NCBI RefSeq assembly: GCF_009914755.1
Contig: NC_060948.1
Length of the DNA stretch: 64,000 nt
Strand: one strand, 5' to 3'
Source of the DNA: the human T2T-CHM13v2.0 reference genome, Homo sapiens
Position 1 is the first letter of the stretch; the number at the start of each line of letters is the position of its first letter. Made by a program: the position numbers and the translations under genes. Under the pieces are notes generated by a model that saw nothing but the letters and a program-made list of their open reading frames with translations, searched no databases and was not told where the DNA came from. Shown piece after piece: positions 40,229 through 59,563 of the stretch.

Positions 40229-42324
40229 AGATCCATATTTTGTAAATGAAAAACAATTTCGAAGGTACTCTGCTTGGTACAATAATCAAATGTATAAACT
40301 GAGGAATGAAACATAACCATGAAACCTACTTATAACTGCATATGGAAAATACAGAGGATAATTTTTTAAATAACATATTTTGAAAGCCTTAACTAGTAAT
40401 TTGAAGAGTTGGCATTTGAAAGGCCAGTATGAATATACCTTCAAAGCAGCAACACAGGTTCCCCATGAGAAAAAGCAAACTCAGGGAAAATAAAACCACA
40501 AAGGTTCAATCTCTTCTGACCTTTGAAAGACACAGCACAGACAGTGGTCCTTAGGACGAAGAGCAGGAGACCCCTAATTCCGTCACCATGGCGATAGGGC
40601 ATAAACATTGCTGGGTGAGGGCACAATCCACATTATGAGGTCCAACTGCTGCCAGGAAGACAGGAGTGCTTTTACATAGACCGAAAGGTCATTGAAGGCT
40701 CAGAGTTTTGTTTCAAGAACTGAATCCCAAGCCCACATGTTATTAGGCTGCGCTTCTTAAAACAAGTTATGAGATGGGAAAAAGGGCACCCACAAACATA
40801 CGTATACATTATGTATATAATAATATACAGTATCATATATATAATATATATAAACTATGTATAATATTGTTTTACATCCTGCATCTTATATTATATATAT
40901 TGTCTAAAATATAATAATTGATAATATATAAGTTTTATATTTATACAATATGACATATAGTATATATTATAATTTATGACATATATAATATATGTTATAT
41001 ATCATATATAGAATATATTATACGGTTAATATACGTATTAAATATAAATTATACATTATATATATTATATATAATATAACTGTTATATATAATACCCATT
41101 ATGCATAATATATATATTATGTCTATGTTATATATAGTATAAAACAACATATAATAATATATAATTGTATATATAAAATGCGACATATAATATATATTTT
41201 ATTTAATGACATATGTAATATATATTATATGTTATATATAATATGTTGTATGTATAATACCTATATTAAATATATATTATATGACTATGTTATTAATTAC
41301 ATGTCACATATGTTATATATTATATATTTTACATAGAATATACCGGTTAGATACAATATATACTATGTTACCTATAATGTATAATTGATTACATGTAAAA
41401 TAAAGAATGCAATATATTATGTATAATTTATAATATACAATATGTGGAATGTGATATATATAACATAGAATATATGATATATGATATATAGTATATGATA
41501 TATAACATACAATATATGATACCTAGTATATATGGTATACAATATATATTTTATGATATGTATTCTATATGTTTTATATTCTGTTATATATAACTATTTG
41601 AAATTATATATAACTGTATAATATTTTATGTAAATATGTAATATAATATATATAACTATATAATATATTATATATAACTATATATTATGTTATATATACT
41701 TTTATATCATAATTTACATAAAATGTCATAATATAATATATATTATACTATTTCATATTACATAATATATATTACATATCACCCAATATAAGTAACATAC
41801 ATAATATTATAATATAGATTATATTATGTTATGTTAAATATCATATATATCATGTATCATATATTCTATAATATATATTATACATAATATAATATGTATG
41901 TTGTCTATTATGTGATATATATAACTATATATTATTATATTATTATACATATAACTAGATAAACATGTAATTCTACATATTTTCATTTATAATATATAGA
42001 ATTATATAATCATATATAATTATTTATATTCTATAAAAAATTATATCATTATATAAATTATAATATAAAAAAATTATAATATGTACTACAAATATATATA
42101 TTATATATCATATATGATATAGTACCTTTGTTATATATCATAATACATATAAATGTGTATTATGATATCTATAATTATATAATTTCATATATAAGATGTA
42201 TAATATGTATTATATATTGTATATGTTATGTAATATATATAGTATATATAAGCTGACACAGGTTAAATATTATATACTATGACATATAAAATATATGAGG
42301 TTATATGTTACATATAAGGCATAG

Positions 42325-42645
<321 letters not shown>

Positions 42646-44739
42646 AGATCCATATTTTTTAAATGAAAAAAAATTTCAAAGGTACTCTGCTTGGTACAAT
42701 AATCAAATGTATAAACTGAGGAATAAAACATAACCATGAAACCTACTTATAACTGCATATGGAAAATACAGAGGATAATTTTTTAAATAACATATTTTGA
42801 AAGCCTTAACTAGTAATTTGAAGAGTTGGCATTTGAAAGGCCAGTATGAATATACCTTCAAAGCAGCAACACAGGTTCCCCATGAGAAACAGCAAACTCA
42901 GGGAAAATAAAACCACAAAGGTTCAAGCTCTTCTGACCTTTGAAAGACACAGCACAGACAGTGGTCCTTAGGACGAAGAGCAGGAGACCCCTAATTCCGT
43001 CACCATGGCGATAGGGCATAAACATTGCTGGGTGAGGGCACAATCCACATTGTGAGGTCCAACTGCTGCCAGGAAGACAGGAGTGCTTTTACATAGACCG
43101 AAAGGTCATTGAAGGCTCAGAGTTTTGTTTCAAGAACTGAATCCCAAGCCCACACGTTATTAGGCTGCGCTTCTTAAAACAAGCTATGAGATGGGAAAAA
43201 GGGCACCCACAAACATACGTATACATTATGTATATAATAATATACAGTATCATATATATAATATATATAACCTATGTATAATATTGTTTTACATCCTGCA
43301 TCTTATATTATATATATTGTCTAAAATATAATAATTGATAATATATAAGTTTTATATTTATACAATATGACATATAGTATATATTATAATTTATGACATA
43401 TATAATATATGTTATATATCATATATAGAATATATTATACGGTTAATATACGTATTAAATATAAATTATACATTATATATATTATATATAATATATCTGT
43501 TATATATAATACCCATTATGCATAATATGTATATTATGTCTCTGTTATATATAGTATAAAACAACATATAATAATATATAATTGTATATATAAAATGCGA
43601 CATATAATATATATTATATTTTATGACATATGTAATATATATTATATATTATATATAATACGTTGTATGTATAATACCTATATTAAATATATATTATATG
43701 ACTATGTTATTAATTACATGTCACATGTGTTATATATTATATATTTTACATAGAATATACCGGTTACATACAATATATACTATGTTACCTATAATGTATA
43801 ATTGATTACATGTAAAATAAAGAATGCAATATATTATGTATAATTTATAATATACAATATGTGGAATGTGATATATATAACATAGAATATATGATATATG
43901 ATATACAGTATATGATATATAACATACAATATATGATACCTAGTATATATGGTATACAATATATATTTTATGATATGTATTCTATATGTTTTATATTCTG
44001 TTATATATAACTATTTGAAATTATATATAACTGTATAATATTTTATGTAAATATGTAATATAATATATATAACTATATAATATATTATATATAACTATAT
44101 ATTATGTTATATATACTTTTATATCATAATTTACATAAAATGTCATAATATAATATATATTATACTATTTCATATTACATAATATATATTACATATCACC
44201 CAATATAAGTAACATACATAATATTATAATATAGATTATATTGTTATGTTAAATATCATATATATCATGTATCATATATTCTATAATATATATTATACAT
44301 AATATAATATGTATGTTGTCTATTATGTGATATATATAACTATATATTATTATATTATTATACATATAACTAGATAAACATGTAATTCTACATATTTTCA
44401 TTTATAATATATAGAATTATATAATCATATATAATTATTTATATTCTATAAAAAATTATATCATTATATAAATTATAATATAAAAAAATTATAATATGTA
44501 CTACAAATATATATATTATATATCATATATGATATAGTACCTTTGTTATATATCATAATACATATAAATGTGTATTATGATATCTATAATTATATAATTT
44601 CATATATAAGATGTATAATATGTATTATATATTGTATATGTTATGTAATATATATAGTATATATAAGCTGACACAGGTTAAATATTATATACTATGACAT
44701 ATAAAATATATGAGGTTATATGTTACATATAAGGCATAG

Positions 44740-45060
<321 letters not shown>

Positions 45061-47156
45061 AGATCCATATTTTTTAAATGAAAAAAAATTTCAAAGGTAC
45101 TCTGCTTGGTACAATAATCAAATGTATAAACTGAGGAATAAAACATAACCATGAAACCTACTTATAACTGCATATGGAAAATACAGAGGATAATTTTTTA
45201 AATAACATATTTTGAAAGCCTTAACTAGTAATTTGAAGAGTTGGCATTTGAAAGGCCAGTATGAATATACCTTCAAAGCAGCAACACAGGTTCCCCATGA
45301 GAAACAGCAAACTCAGGGAAAATAAAACCACAAAGGTTCAAGCTCTTCTGACCTTTGAAAGACACAGCACAGACAGTGGTCCTTAGGACGAAGAGCAGGA
45401 GACCCCTAATTCCGTCACCATGGCGATAGGGCATAAACATTGCTGGGTGAGGGCACAATCCACATTGTGAGGTCCAACTGCTGCCAGGAAGACAGGAGTG
45501 CTTTTACATAGACCGAAAGGTCATTGAAGGCTCAGAGTTTTGTTTCAAGAACTGAATCCCAAGCCCACACGTTATTAGGCTGCGCTTCTTAAAACAAGCT
45601 ATGAGATGGGAAAAAGGGCACCCACAAACATACGTATACATTATGTATATAATAATATACAGTATCATATATATAATATATATAACCTATGTATAATATT
45701 GTTTTACATCCTGCATCTTATATTATATATATTGTCTAAAATATAATAATTGATAATATATAAGTTTTATATTTATACAATATGACATATAGTATATATT
45801 ATAATTTATGACATATATAATATATGTTATATATCATATATAGAATATATTATACGGTTAATATACGTATTAAATATAAATTATACATTATATATATTAT
45901 ATATAATATATCTGTTATATATAATACCCATTATGCATAATATGTATATTATGTCTCTGTTATATATAGTATAAAACAACATATAATAATATATAATTGT
46001 ATATATAAAATGCGACATATAATATATATTATATTTTATGACATATGTAATATATATTATATATTATATATAATACGTTGTATGTATAATACCTATATTA
46101 AATATATATTATATGACTATGTTATTAATTACATGTCACATGTGTTATATATTATATATTTTACATAGAATATACCGGTTACATACAATATATACTATGT
46201 TACCTATAATGTATAATTGATTACATGTAAAATAAAGAATGCAATATATTATGTATAATTTATAATATACAATATGTGGAATGTGATATATATAACATAG
46301 AATATATGATATATGATATACAGTATATGATATATAACATACAATATATGATACCTAGTATATATGGTATACAATATATATTTTATGATATGTATTCTAT
46401 ATGTTTTATATTCTGTTATATATAACTATTTGAAATTATATATAACTGTATAATATTTTATGTAAATATGTAATATAATATATATAACTATATAATATAT
46501 TATATATAACTATATATTATGTTATATATACTTTTATATCATAATTTACATAAAATGTCATAATATAATATATATTATACTATTTCATATTACATAATAT
46601 ATATTACATATCACCCAATATAAGTAACATACATAATATTATAATATAGATTATATTATGTTATGTTAAATATCATATATATCATGTATCATATATTCTA
46701 TAATATATATTATACATAATATAATATGTATGTTGTCTATTATGTGATATATATAACTATATATTATTATATTATTATACATATAACTAGATAAACATGT
46801 AATTCTACATATTTTCATTTATAATATATAGAATTATATAATCATATATAATTATTTATATTCTATAAAAAATTATATCATTATATAAATTATAATATAA
46901 AAAAATTATAATATGTACTACAAATATATATATTATATATCATATATGATATAGTACCTTTGTTATATATCATAATACATATAAATGTGTATTATGATAT
47001 CTATAATTATATAATTTCATATATAAGATGTATAATATGTATTATATATTGTATATGTTATGTAATATATATAGTATATATAAGCTGACACAGGTTAAAT
47101 ATTATATACTATGACATATAAAATATATGAGGTTATATGTTACATATAAGGCATAG

Positions 47157-47477
<321 letters not shown>

Positions 47478-49580
47478 AGATCCATATTTTTTAAATGAAA
47501 AAAAATTTCAAAGGTACTCTGCTTGGTACAATAATCAAATGTATAAACTGAGGAATAAAACATAACCATGAAACCTACTTATAACTGCATATGGAAAATA
47601 CAGAGGATAATTTTTTAAATAACATATTTTGAAAGCCTTAACTAGTAATTTGAAGAGTTGGCATTTGAAAGGCCAGTATGAATATACCTTCAAAGCAGCA
47701 ACACAGGTTCCCCATGAGAAACAGCAAACTCAGGCAAAATAAAACCACAAAGGTTCAAGCTCTTCTGACCTTTGAAAGACACAGCACAGACAGTGGTCCT
47801 TAGGACGAAGAGCAGGAGACCCCTAATTCCGTCACCATGGCGATAGGGCATAAACATTGCTGGGTGAGGGCACAATCCACATTGTGAGGTCCAACTGCTG
47901 CCAGGAAGACAGGAGTGCTTTTACATAGACCGAAAGGTCATTGAAGGCTCAGAGTTTTGTTTCAAGAACTGAATCCCAAGCCCACACGTTATTAGGCTGC
48001 GCTTCTTAAAACAAGCTATGAGATGGGAAAAAGGGTACCCACAAACATACGTATACATTATGTATATAATAATATACAGTATCATATATATAATATATAT
48101 AACCTATGTATAATATTGTTTTACATCCTGCATCTTATATTATATATATTGTCTAAAATATAATAATTGATAATATATAAGTTTTATATTTATACAATAT
48201 GACATATAGTATATATTATAATTTATGACATATATAATATATGTTATATATCATATATAGAATATATTATACGGTTAATATACGTATTAAATATAAATTA
48301 TACATTATATATATTATATATAATATATCTGTTATATATAATACCCATTATGCATAATATGTATATTATGTCTTTGTTATATATAGTATAAAACAACATA
48401 TAATAATATATAATTGTATATATAAAATGCGACATATAATATATATTATATTTTATGACATATGTAATATATATTATATATTATATATAATACGTTGTAT
48501 GTATAATACCTATATTAAATATATATTATATGACTATGTTATTAATTACATGTCACATATGTTATATATTATATATTTTACATAGAATATACCGGTTACA
48601 TACAATATATACTATGTTACCTATAATGTATAATTGATTACATGTAAAATAAAGAATGCAATATATTATGTATAATTTATAATATACAATATGTGGAATG
48701 TGATATATATAACATATAATATATGATATATGATATACAGTATATGATATATAACACACAATATATGATACCTAATATATATGGTATACAATATATATTT
48801 TATGATATGTATTCTATATGTTTTATTTTCTGTTATATATAACTATTTGAAATTATATATAACTGTATAATATTTTATGTAAATATGTAATATAATATAT
48901 ATAACTATATAATATATTATATATAACTATATATTATGTTATATATACTTTTATAACATAATTTACATTAAATATCATAATATAATATATATTATATTAT
49001 TTCACATTACATAATATATATTACATATCACCCAATATAAGTAACATACATAATATTATAATATAGATTATATTATGTTATATTAAATATCATATATATC
49101 ATGTATCATATATTCTATAATATATATTACACATTATATAATATGTATGTTGTCTATTATGTGATATATATAACTATATATATAATTATATTATTATACA
49201 TATAACTAGATAAACATGAAATTCTACATATTTTCATTTATAATATATAGAATTATATAATCATATATAATTATTTATATTCTATAAAAAATTATATCAT
49301 TATATAAATTATAATATATAAAAATTATAATATGTACTACAAATATATATATTATATATCATATATGATATAGTACCTTTGTTATATATCATAATACATA
49401 TAAATGTGTATTATGTTATCTACAATTATATAATTTCATATATAAGATATATAATATGTATTATATATTGTATATGTTATGTAATATATAGTATATATAA
49501 GCTGACACAGGATAAATATTATATACTATGACATATAAAATATATGAGGTTATATGTTACATATAAGGCATAGCACATAA

Positions 49581-49895
<315 letters not shown>

Positions 49896-52002
49896 AGATC
49901 CATATTTTGTAAATGAAAAACAATTTCAAAGGTACTCTGCTTGGTACAATAATCAAATGTATAAACTGAGGAATGAAACATAACCATGAAACCTACTTAT
50001 AACTGCATATGGAAAATACAGAGGATAATTTTTTAAATAACATATTTTGAAAGCCTTAACTAGTAATTTGAAGAGTTGGCATTTGAAAGGCCAGTATGAA
50101 TATACCTTCAAAGCAGCAACACAGGTTCCCCATGAGAAAAAGCAAACTCAGGGAAAATAAAACCACAAAGGTTCAATCTCTTCTGACCTTTGAAAGACAC
50201 AGCACAGACAGTGGTCCTTAGGACGAAGAGCAGGAGACCCCTAATTCCGTCACCATGGCGATAGGGCATAAACATTGCTGGGTGAGGGCACAATCCACAT
50301 TGTGAGGTCCAACTGCTGCCAGGAAGACAGGACTGCTTTTACATAGACCGAAAGGTCATTGAAGGCTCAGAGTTTTGTTTCAAGAACTGAATCCCAAGCC
50401 CACATGTTATTAGGCTGCGCTTCTTAAAACAAGTTATGAGATGGGAAAAAGGGCACCCACAAACATACGTATACATTATGTATATAATAATATACAGTAT
50501 CATATATATAATATATATAACCTATGTATAATATTGTTTTACATCCTGCATCTTATATTATATATATTGTCTAAAATATAATAATTGATAATATATAAGT
50601 TTTATATTTATACAATATGACATATAGTATATATTATAATTTATGACATATATAATATATGTTATATATCATATATAGAATATATTATACGGTTAATATA
50701 CGTATTAAATATAAATTATACATTATATATATTATATATAATATATCTGTTATATATAATACCCATTATGCATAATATATATATTATGTCTATGTTATAT
50801 ATAGTATAAAACAACATATAATAATATATAATTGTATATATAAAATGCGACATATAATATATATTTTATTTTATGACATATGTAATATATATTATATATT
50901 ATATATAATATGTTGTATGTATAATACCTATATTAAATATATATTATATGACTATGTTATTAATTACATGTCACATATGTTATATATTATATATTTTACA
51001 TAGAATATACCGGTTACATACAATTTATACTATGTTACCTATAATGTATAATTGATTACATGTAAAATAAAGAATGCAATATATTATGTATAATTTATAA
51101 TATACAATATGTGGAATGTGATATATATAACATATAATATATGATATATGATATACAGTATATGATATATAACATACAATATATGATACCTAATATATAT
51201 GGTATACAATATATATTTTATGATATGTATTCTATATGTTTTATATTCTGTTATATATAACTATTTGAAATTATATATAACTGTATATTTTATGTAAATA
51301 TGTAATATAATATATATAACTATATAATATATTATATATAACTATATATTATGTTATATATACTTTTATAACATAATTTACATAAAATGTCATAATATAA
51401 TATATATTATATTATTTCATATTACATAATATATATTACATATCACCCAATATAAGTAACATACATAATATTATAATATAGATTATATTATGTTATGTTA
51501 AATATCATATATATCATGTATCATATATTCTATAATATATATTATACATTATATAATATGTATGTTGTCTATTATGTGACATATATAACTATATATTATT
51601 ATATTATTATACATATAACTAGATAAACATGTAATTCTACATATTTTCATTTATAATATATAGAATTATATAATCATATATAATTATTTATATTCTATAA
51701 AAAATTATATCATTATATAAATTATAATATAAAAAAATTATAATATGTACTACAAATATATATATTATATATCATATATGATATAGTACCTTTGTTATAT
51801 ATCATAATACATATAAATGTGTATTATGTTATCTATAATTATATAATTTCATATATAAGATGTATAATATGTATTATATATTGTATATGTTATGTAATAT
51901 ATATAGTATATATAAGCTGACACAGGTTAAATATTATATACTATGACATATAAAATATATGAGGTTATATGTTACATATAAGGCATAGCACATAACATGT
52001 AA

Positions 52003-52309
<307 letters not shown>

Positions 52310-54414
52310 AGATCCATATTTTTTAAATGAAAAAAAATTTCAAAGGTACTCTGCTTGGTACAATAATCAAATGTATAAACTGAGGAATAAAACATAACCA
52401 TGAAACCTACTTATAACTGCATATGGAAAATACAGAGGATAATTTTTTAAATAACATATTTTGAAAGCCTTAACTAGTAATTTGAAGAGTTGGCATTTGA
52501 AAGGCCAGTATGAATATACCTTCAAAGCAGCAACACAGGTTCCCCATGAGAAAAAGCAAACACAGGGAAAATAAAAACACAAAGGTTCAATCTCTTCTGA
52601 CCTTTGAAAGACACAGCACAGACAGTGGTCCTTAGGACGCAGAGCAGGAGACCCCTAATTCCGTCACCATGGCGATAGGGCATAAACATTGCTGGGTGAG
52701 GGCACAATCCACATTGAGAGGTCCAACTGCTGCCAGGAAGACAGGAGTGCTTTTACATAGACCGAAAGGTCATTGAAGGCTCAGAGTTTTGTTTCAAGAA
52801 CTGAATCCCAAGCCCACACGTTATTAGGCTGCGCTTCTTAAAACAAGTTATGAGATGGGAAAAAGGGCACCCACAAACATACGTATACATTATGTATATA
52901 ATAATATACAGTATCATATATAAAATATGTATAACCTATGTATAATATTGTTTTACATCCTGCATCTTATATTATATATATTGTATAAAATATAATAATT
53001 GATAATATATAAGTTTTATATTTATACAATATGACATATAGTATATATTATACTTTATGACATATATAATATATGTTATATATCATATATAGAATATATT
53101 ATACGGTTAATATACGTATTAAATATAAATTATACATTATATATATTATATAAAATATATCTGTTATATATAATACCCATTATGCATAATACATATATTA
53201 TGTCTATGTTATATATAGTATAAAACAACATATAATAATATATAATTGTATATATAAAATGCGACATATAATATATATTATATTTTAGGACATATGTAAT
53301 ATATATTATATATTATATATAATACGTTGTATGTATAATACCTATATTAAATATATATTATATGACTATGTTATTAATTACATGTCACATATGTTATATA
53401 TTATATATTTTACATAGAATATACCGGTTACATACAATATATACTATGTTACCTATAATGTATAATTGATTACATGTAAAATAAAGAATGCAATATATTA
53501 TGTATAATTTATAATATACAATATGTGGAATGTGAGATATATAACATATAATATATGATATATGATATACAGTATATGATATATAACATACAATATATGA
53601 TTCCTAATATATATGGTATACAATATATATTTTATGATATGTATTCTATATGTTTTATATTCTGTTATATATAACTATTTGAAATTATATATAACTGTAT
53701 AATATTTTATGTAAATATGTAATATAATATATATAACTATATAATATATTATATATAACTATATATTATGTTATATATACTTTTATAACATAATTTACAT
53801 AAAATATCATAATATAATATATATTATATTATTTCATATTACATAATATATATTACATATCACCCAATATAACTAACATACACAATATTATTATATAGAT
53901 TATATTATATTATATTAAATATCATATATATCATGTATCATATATTCTATAATATATATTACACATTATATAATATGTATGTTGTCTAATATGTGATATA
54001 TATAACTATATATATAATTATATTTTTATACATATAACTAGATAAACATGTAATTCTACATATTTTCATTTATAATATGTAGAATTATATAATCATATAT
54101 AATTATTTATATTCTATAAAAAATTTTATCATTATATAAATTATAATATATAAAAATTATAATATGTACTACAAATATATATATTATATATCATATATGA
54201 TATAGTACCTTTGTTATATATCATAATACATATAAATGTGTTTTATGTTATCTATAATTATATAATTTCATATATAAGATGTATAATATGTATCATATAT
54301 TATATATGTTATGTAATATATATAGTATATATAAGATGACACAGGATAAATATTATATACTATGACATATAAAATATATCAGGTTATATGTTACATATAA
54401 GGCATAGCACATAA

Positions 54415-54729
<315 letters not shown>

Positions 54730-56853
54730 AGATCCATATTTTTTAAATGAAAAAAAATTTCAAAGGTACTCTGCTTGGTACAATAATCAAATGTATAAAC
54801 TGAGGAATAAAACATAACCATGAAACCTACTTATAACTGCATATGGAAAATACAGAGGATAATTTTTTAAATAACATATTTTGAAAGCCTTAACTAGTAA
54901 TTTGAAGAGTTGGCATTTGAAAGGCCAGTATGAATATACCTTCAAAGCAGCAACACAGGTTCCCCATGAGAAAAAGCAAACACAGGGAAAATAAAAACAC
55001 AAAGGTTCAATCTCTTCTGACCTTTGAAATACACAGCACAGACAGTGGTCCTTAGGACGAAGAGCAGGAGACCCCTAATTCCGTCACCATGGCGATAGGG
55101 CATAAACATTGCTGGGTGAGGGCACAATCCACATTGAGAGGTCCAACTGCTGCCAGGAAGACAGGAGTGCTTTTACATAGACCGAAAGGTCATTGAAGGC
55201 TCAGAGTTTTGTTTCAAGAACTGAATCCCAAGCCCACACGTTATTAGGCTGCGCTTCTTAAAACAAGTTATGAGATGGGAAAAAGGGCACCCACAAACAT
55301 ACGTATACATTATGTATATAATAATATACAGTATCATATATATAATATATATAACCTATGTATAATATTGTTTTACATCCTGCATCTTATATTATATATA
55401 TTGTATAAAATATAATAATTCATAATATATAACGTTTATATTTATACAATATGACATATAGTATATATTATAATTTATGACATATATAATATATGTTATA
55501 TATCATATATAGAATATATTATACGGTTAATATACGTATTAAATATAAATTATACATTATATATATTATATAAAATATATCTGTTATATATAATACCCTT
55601 TATGCATAATATATATATTATGTCTACGTTATATATAGTATAAAACAACATATAATAATATATAATTGTATATATAAAATGCGACATATAATATATATTA
55701 TATTTTATGACATATGTAATATATATTATATATTATATATAATACGTTGTATGTATAATACCTATATTAAATATATATTATATGACTATGTTATTAATTA
55801 CATGTCACATATGTTATATATTATATATTTTACATAGAATATACCGGTTACATGCAATATATACTATGTTACCTATAATGTATAATTGATTACATGTAAA
55901 ATAAAGAATGCAATATATTATGTATAATTTATAATATACAATATGTGGAATGTGATATATATAACATATAATATATGATATATGATATACAGTACATGAT
56001 ATATAACATACAATATATGATACCTAATATATATGGTATACAATATATATTTTATGATATGTATTCTATATGTTTTATATTCTGTTATATATAACTATTT
56101 GAAATTATATATAACTGTATAATATTTTATGCAAATATGTAATATAATATATATAACTATATAATATATTATATATAACTATATATTATGTTATATATAC
56201 TTTTATCACATAATTTACATTAAATATCATAATATAATATATATTATATTATTTCACATTACATAATATATATTACATATCACCCAATATAAGTAACATA
56301 CATAATATTATAATATAGATTATATTATGTTATATTAAATATCATATATATCATGTATCATATATTCTATAATATATATTACACATTATATAATATGTAT
56401 GTTGTCTATTATGTGATATATATAACTATATAAAATTATATTATTATACATATAACTAGATAAACATGTAATTCTACATATTTTCATTTATAATATATAG
56501 AATTATATAATCATATATAATTATTTATATTCTATAAAAAATTATATCATTATATAAATTATAATATATAAAAATTATAATATGTACTACATATATATAT
56601 TATATATCATATATGATATAGTACCTTTGTTATATATCATAATACATATAAATGTGTATTATGTTATCTATAATTATATAATTTCATATATAAGTTGTAT
56701 AATATGTATCAAATATTATATATGTTATGTAATATATATAGTATATATAAGCTGACACAGGATAAATATTATATACTATGATATATAAAATATATGAGGT
56801 TATATGTTACATATAAGGCATAGCACATAACATGTAATATATATCATATATAA

Positions 56854-57145
<292 letters not shown>

Positions 57146-59273
57146 AGATCCATATTATTTAAATGAAAAAAAATTTCAAAGGTACTCTGCTTGGTACAAT
57201 AATCAAATGTATAAACTGAGGAATAAAACATAACCATGAAACCTACTTATAACTGCATATGGAAAATACAGAGGATAATTTTTTAAATAACATATTTTGA
57301 AAGCCTTAACTAGTAATTTGAAGAGTTGGCATTTGAAAGGCCAGTATGAATATACCTTCAAAGCAGCAACACAGGTTCCCCTTGAGAAAAAGCAAACACA
57401 GGGAAAATAAAAACACAAAGGTTCAATCTCTTCTGACCTTTGAAAGACACAGCACAGACAGTGGTCCTTAGGACGCAGAGCAGGAGACCCCTAATTCCGT
57501 CACCATGGCGATAGGGCATAAACATTGCTGGGTGAGGGCACAATCCACATTGAGAGGTCCAACTGCTGCCAGGAAGACAGGAGTGCTTTTACATAGACCG
57601 AAAGGTCATTGAAGGCTCAGAGTTTTGTTTCAAGAACTGAATCCCAAGCCCACACGTTATTAGGCTGCGCTTCTTAAAACAAGTTATGAGATGGGAAAAA
57701 GGGCACCCACAAACATACGTATACATTATGTATATAATAATATACAGTATCATATATAAAATATGTATAACCTATGTATAACATTGTTTTACATCCTGCA
57801 TCTTATATTATATATATTGTATAAAATATAATAATTGATAATATATAAGTTTTATATTTATACAATATGACATATAGTATATATTATACTTTATGACATA
57901 TATAATATATGTTATATATCATATATAGAATATATTATACGGTTAATATACGTATTAAATATAAATTACACATTATATATATTATATAAAATATATCTGT
58001 TATATATAATACCCATTATGCATAATATATATATTATGTCTATGTTATATATAGTATAAAACAACATATAATAATATATAATTGTATATATAAAATGCGA
58101 CATATAATATATATTATATTTTATGACATATGTAATATATATTATATATTATATATAATACGTTGTATGTATAATACCTATATTAAATATATATTATATG
58201 ACTATGTTATTAATTACATGTCACATATGTTATATATTATATATTTTACATAGAATATACCGGTTACATACAATATATACTATGTTACCTATAATGTATA
58301 ATTGATTACATGTAAAATAAAGAATGCAATATATTATGTATAATTTATAATATACAATATGTGGAATGTGATATATATAACATATAATATGTGATATATG
58401 ATATAGAGTATATGATATATAACATACAATTTATGATTCCTAATATATATTGTATACAATATATATTTTATGATATGTATTCTATATGTTTTATATTCTG
58501 TTATATATAACTATTTGAAATTATATATAACTGTATAATATTTTATGTAAATATGTAATATAATATATATAACTATATAATATATTATATATAACTATAT
58601 ATTATGTTATATATACTTTTATAACATAATTTACATAAAATATCATAATATAATATATATTATATTATTTCATATTACATAATATATATTACATATCACC
58701 CAATATAACTAACATACATAATATTATAATATAGATTATATTATATTATATTAAATATCATATATATCATGTATCATATATTCTATAATATATATTACAC
58801 ATTATATAATATGTATGTTGTCTAATATGTGATATATATAACTATATATATAATTATATTTTTATACATATAACTAGATAAACATGTAATTCTACATATT
58901 TTCATTTATAATATGTAGAATTATATAATCATATATAATTATTTATAATCTATAAAAAATTTTATCATTATATAAATTATAATATATAAAAATTATAATA
59001 TGTACTACAAATATATATATTATATATCATATATGATATAGTACCTTTGTTATATATCATAATACATATAAATGTGTATTATGTTATCTATAATTATATA
59101 ATTTCATATATAAGATGTATAATATGTATCATATATTATATATGTTATGTAATATATATAGTATATATAAGATGACACAGGATAAATATTATATACTATG
59201 ACATATAAAATATATCAGGTTATATGTTACATATAAGGCATAGCACATAACATGTAATATATATCATATATAA

Positions 59274-59563
59274 TTTTTTTTAGACAGAATCTTGTCCTGT
59301 TGCACAGGGTGGGGTACAATGGCGCCATCTTTGCTCACTGCAACTTCTGCCTCACGGGTCCAAGCGATTGTCCTCCCTCAGCCTCCCAGGTAGCTGGGAC
59401 TACACCACACTGGGACTACAGCAGCTGCCACCATGCCTAGCTAATTTTTTGGATTTTTAGTAGTGACAGCGTTTCACTGTATTGGCCAGGATGGTCTTGA
59501 TCTCTTCACCTTGTGATCCCCTTGCCTTGGCCTCCAAATTTGCGGGATTACAGGCCTGAGCCA
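59274..59563 (-). mobile_element. Diverged Alu, unit 25 (T8 tail)
   Basis: As unit 23, with a 1-bp deletion (TGCGGGATTA). Confidence 0.95.
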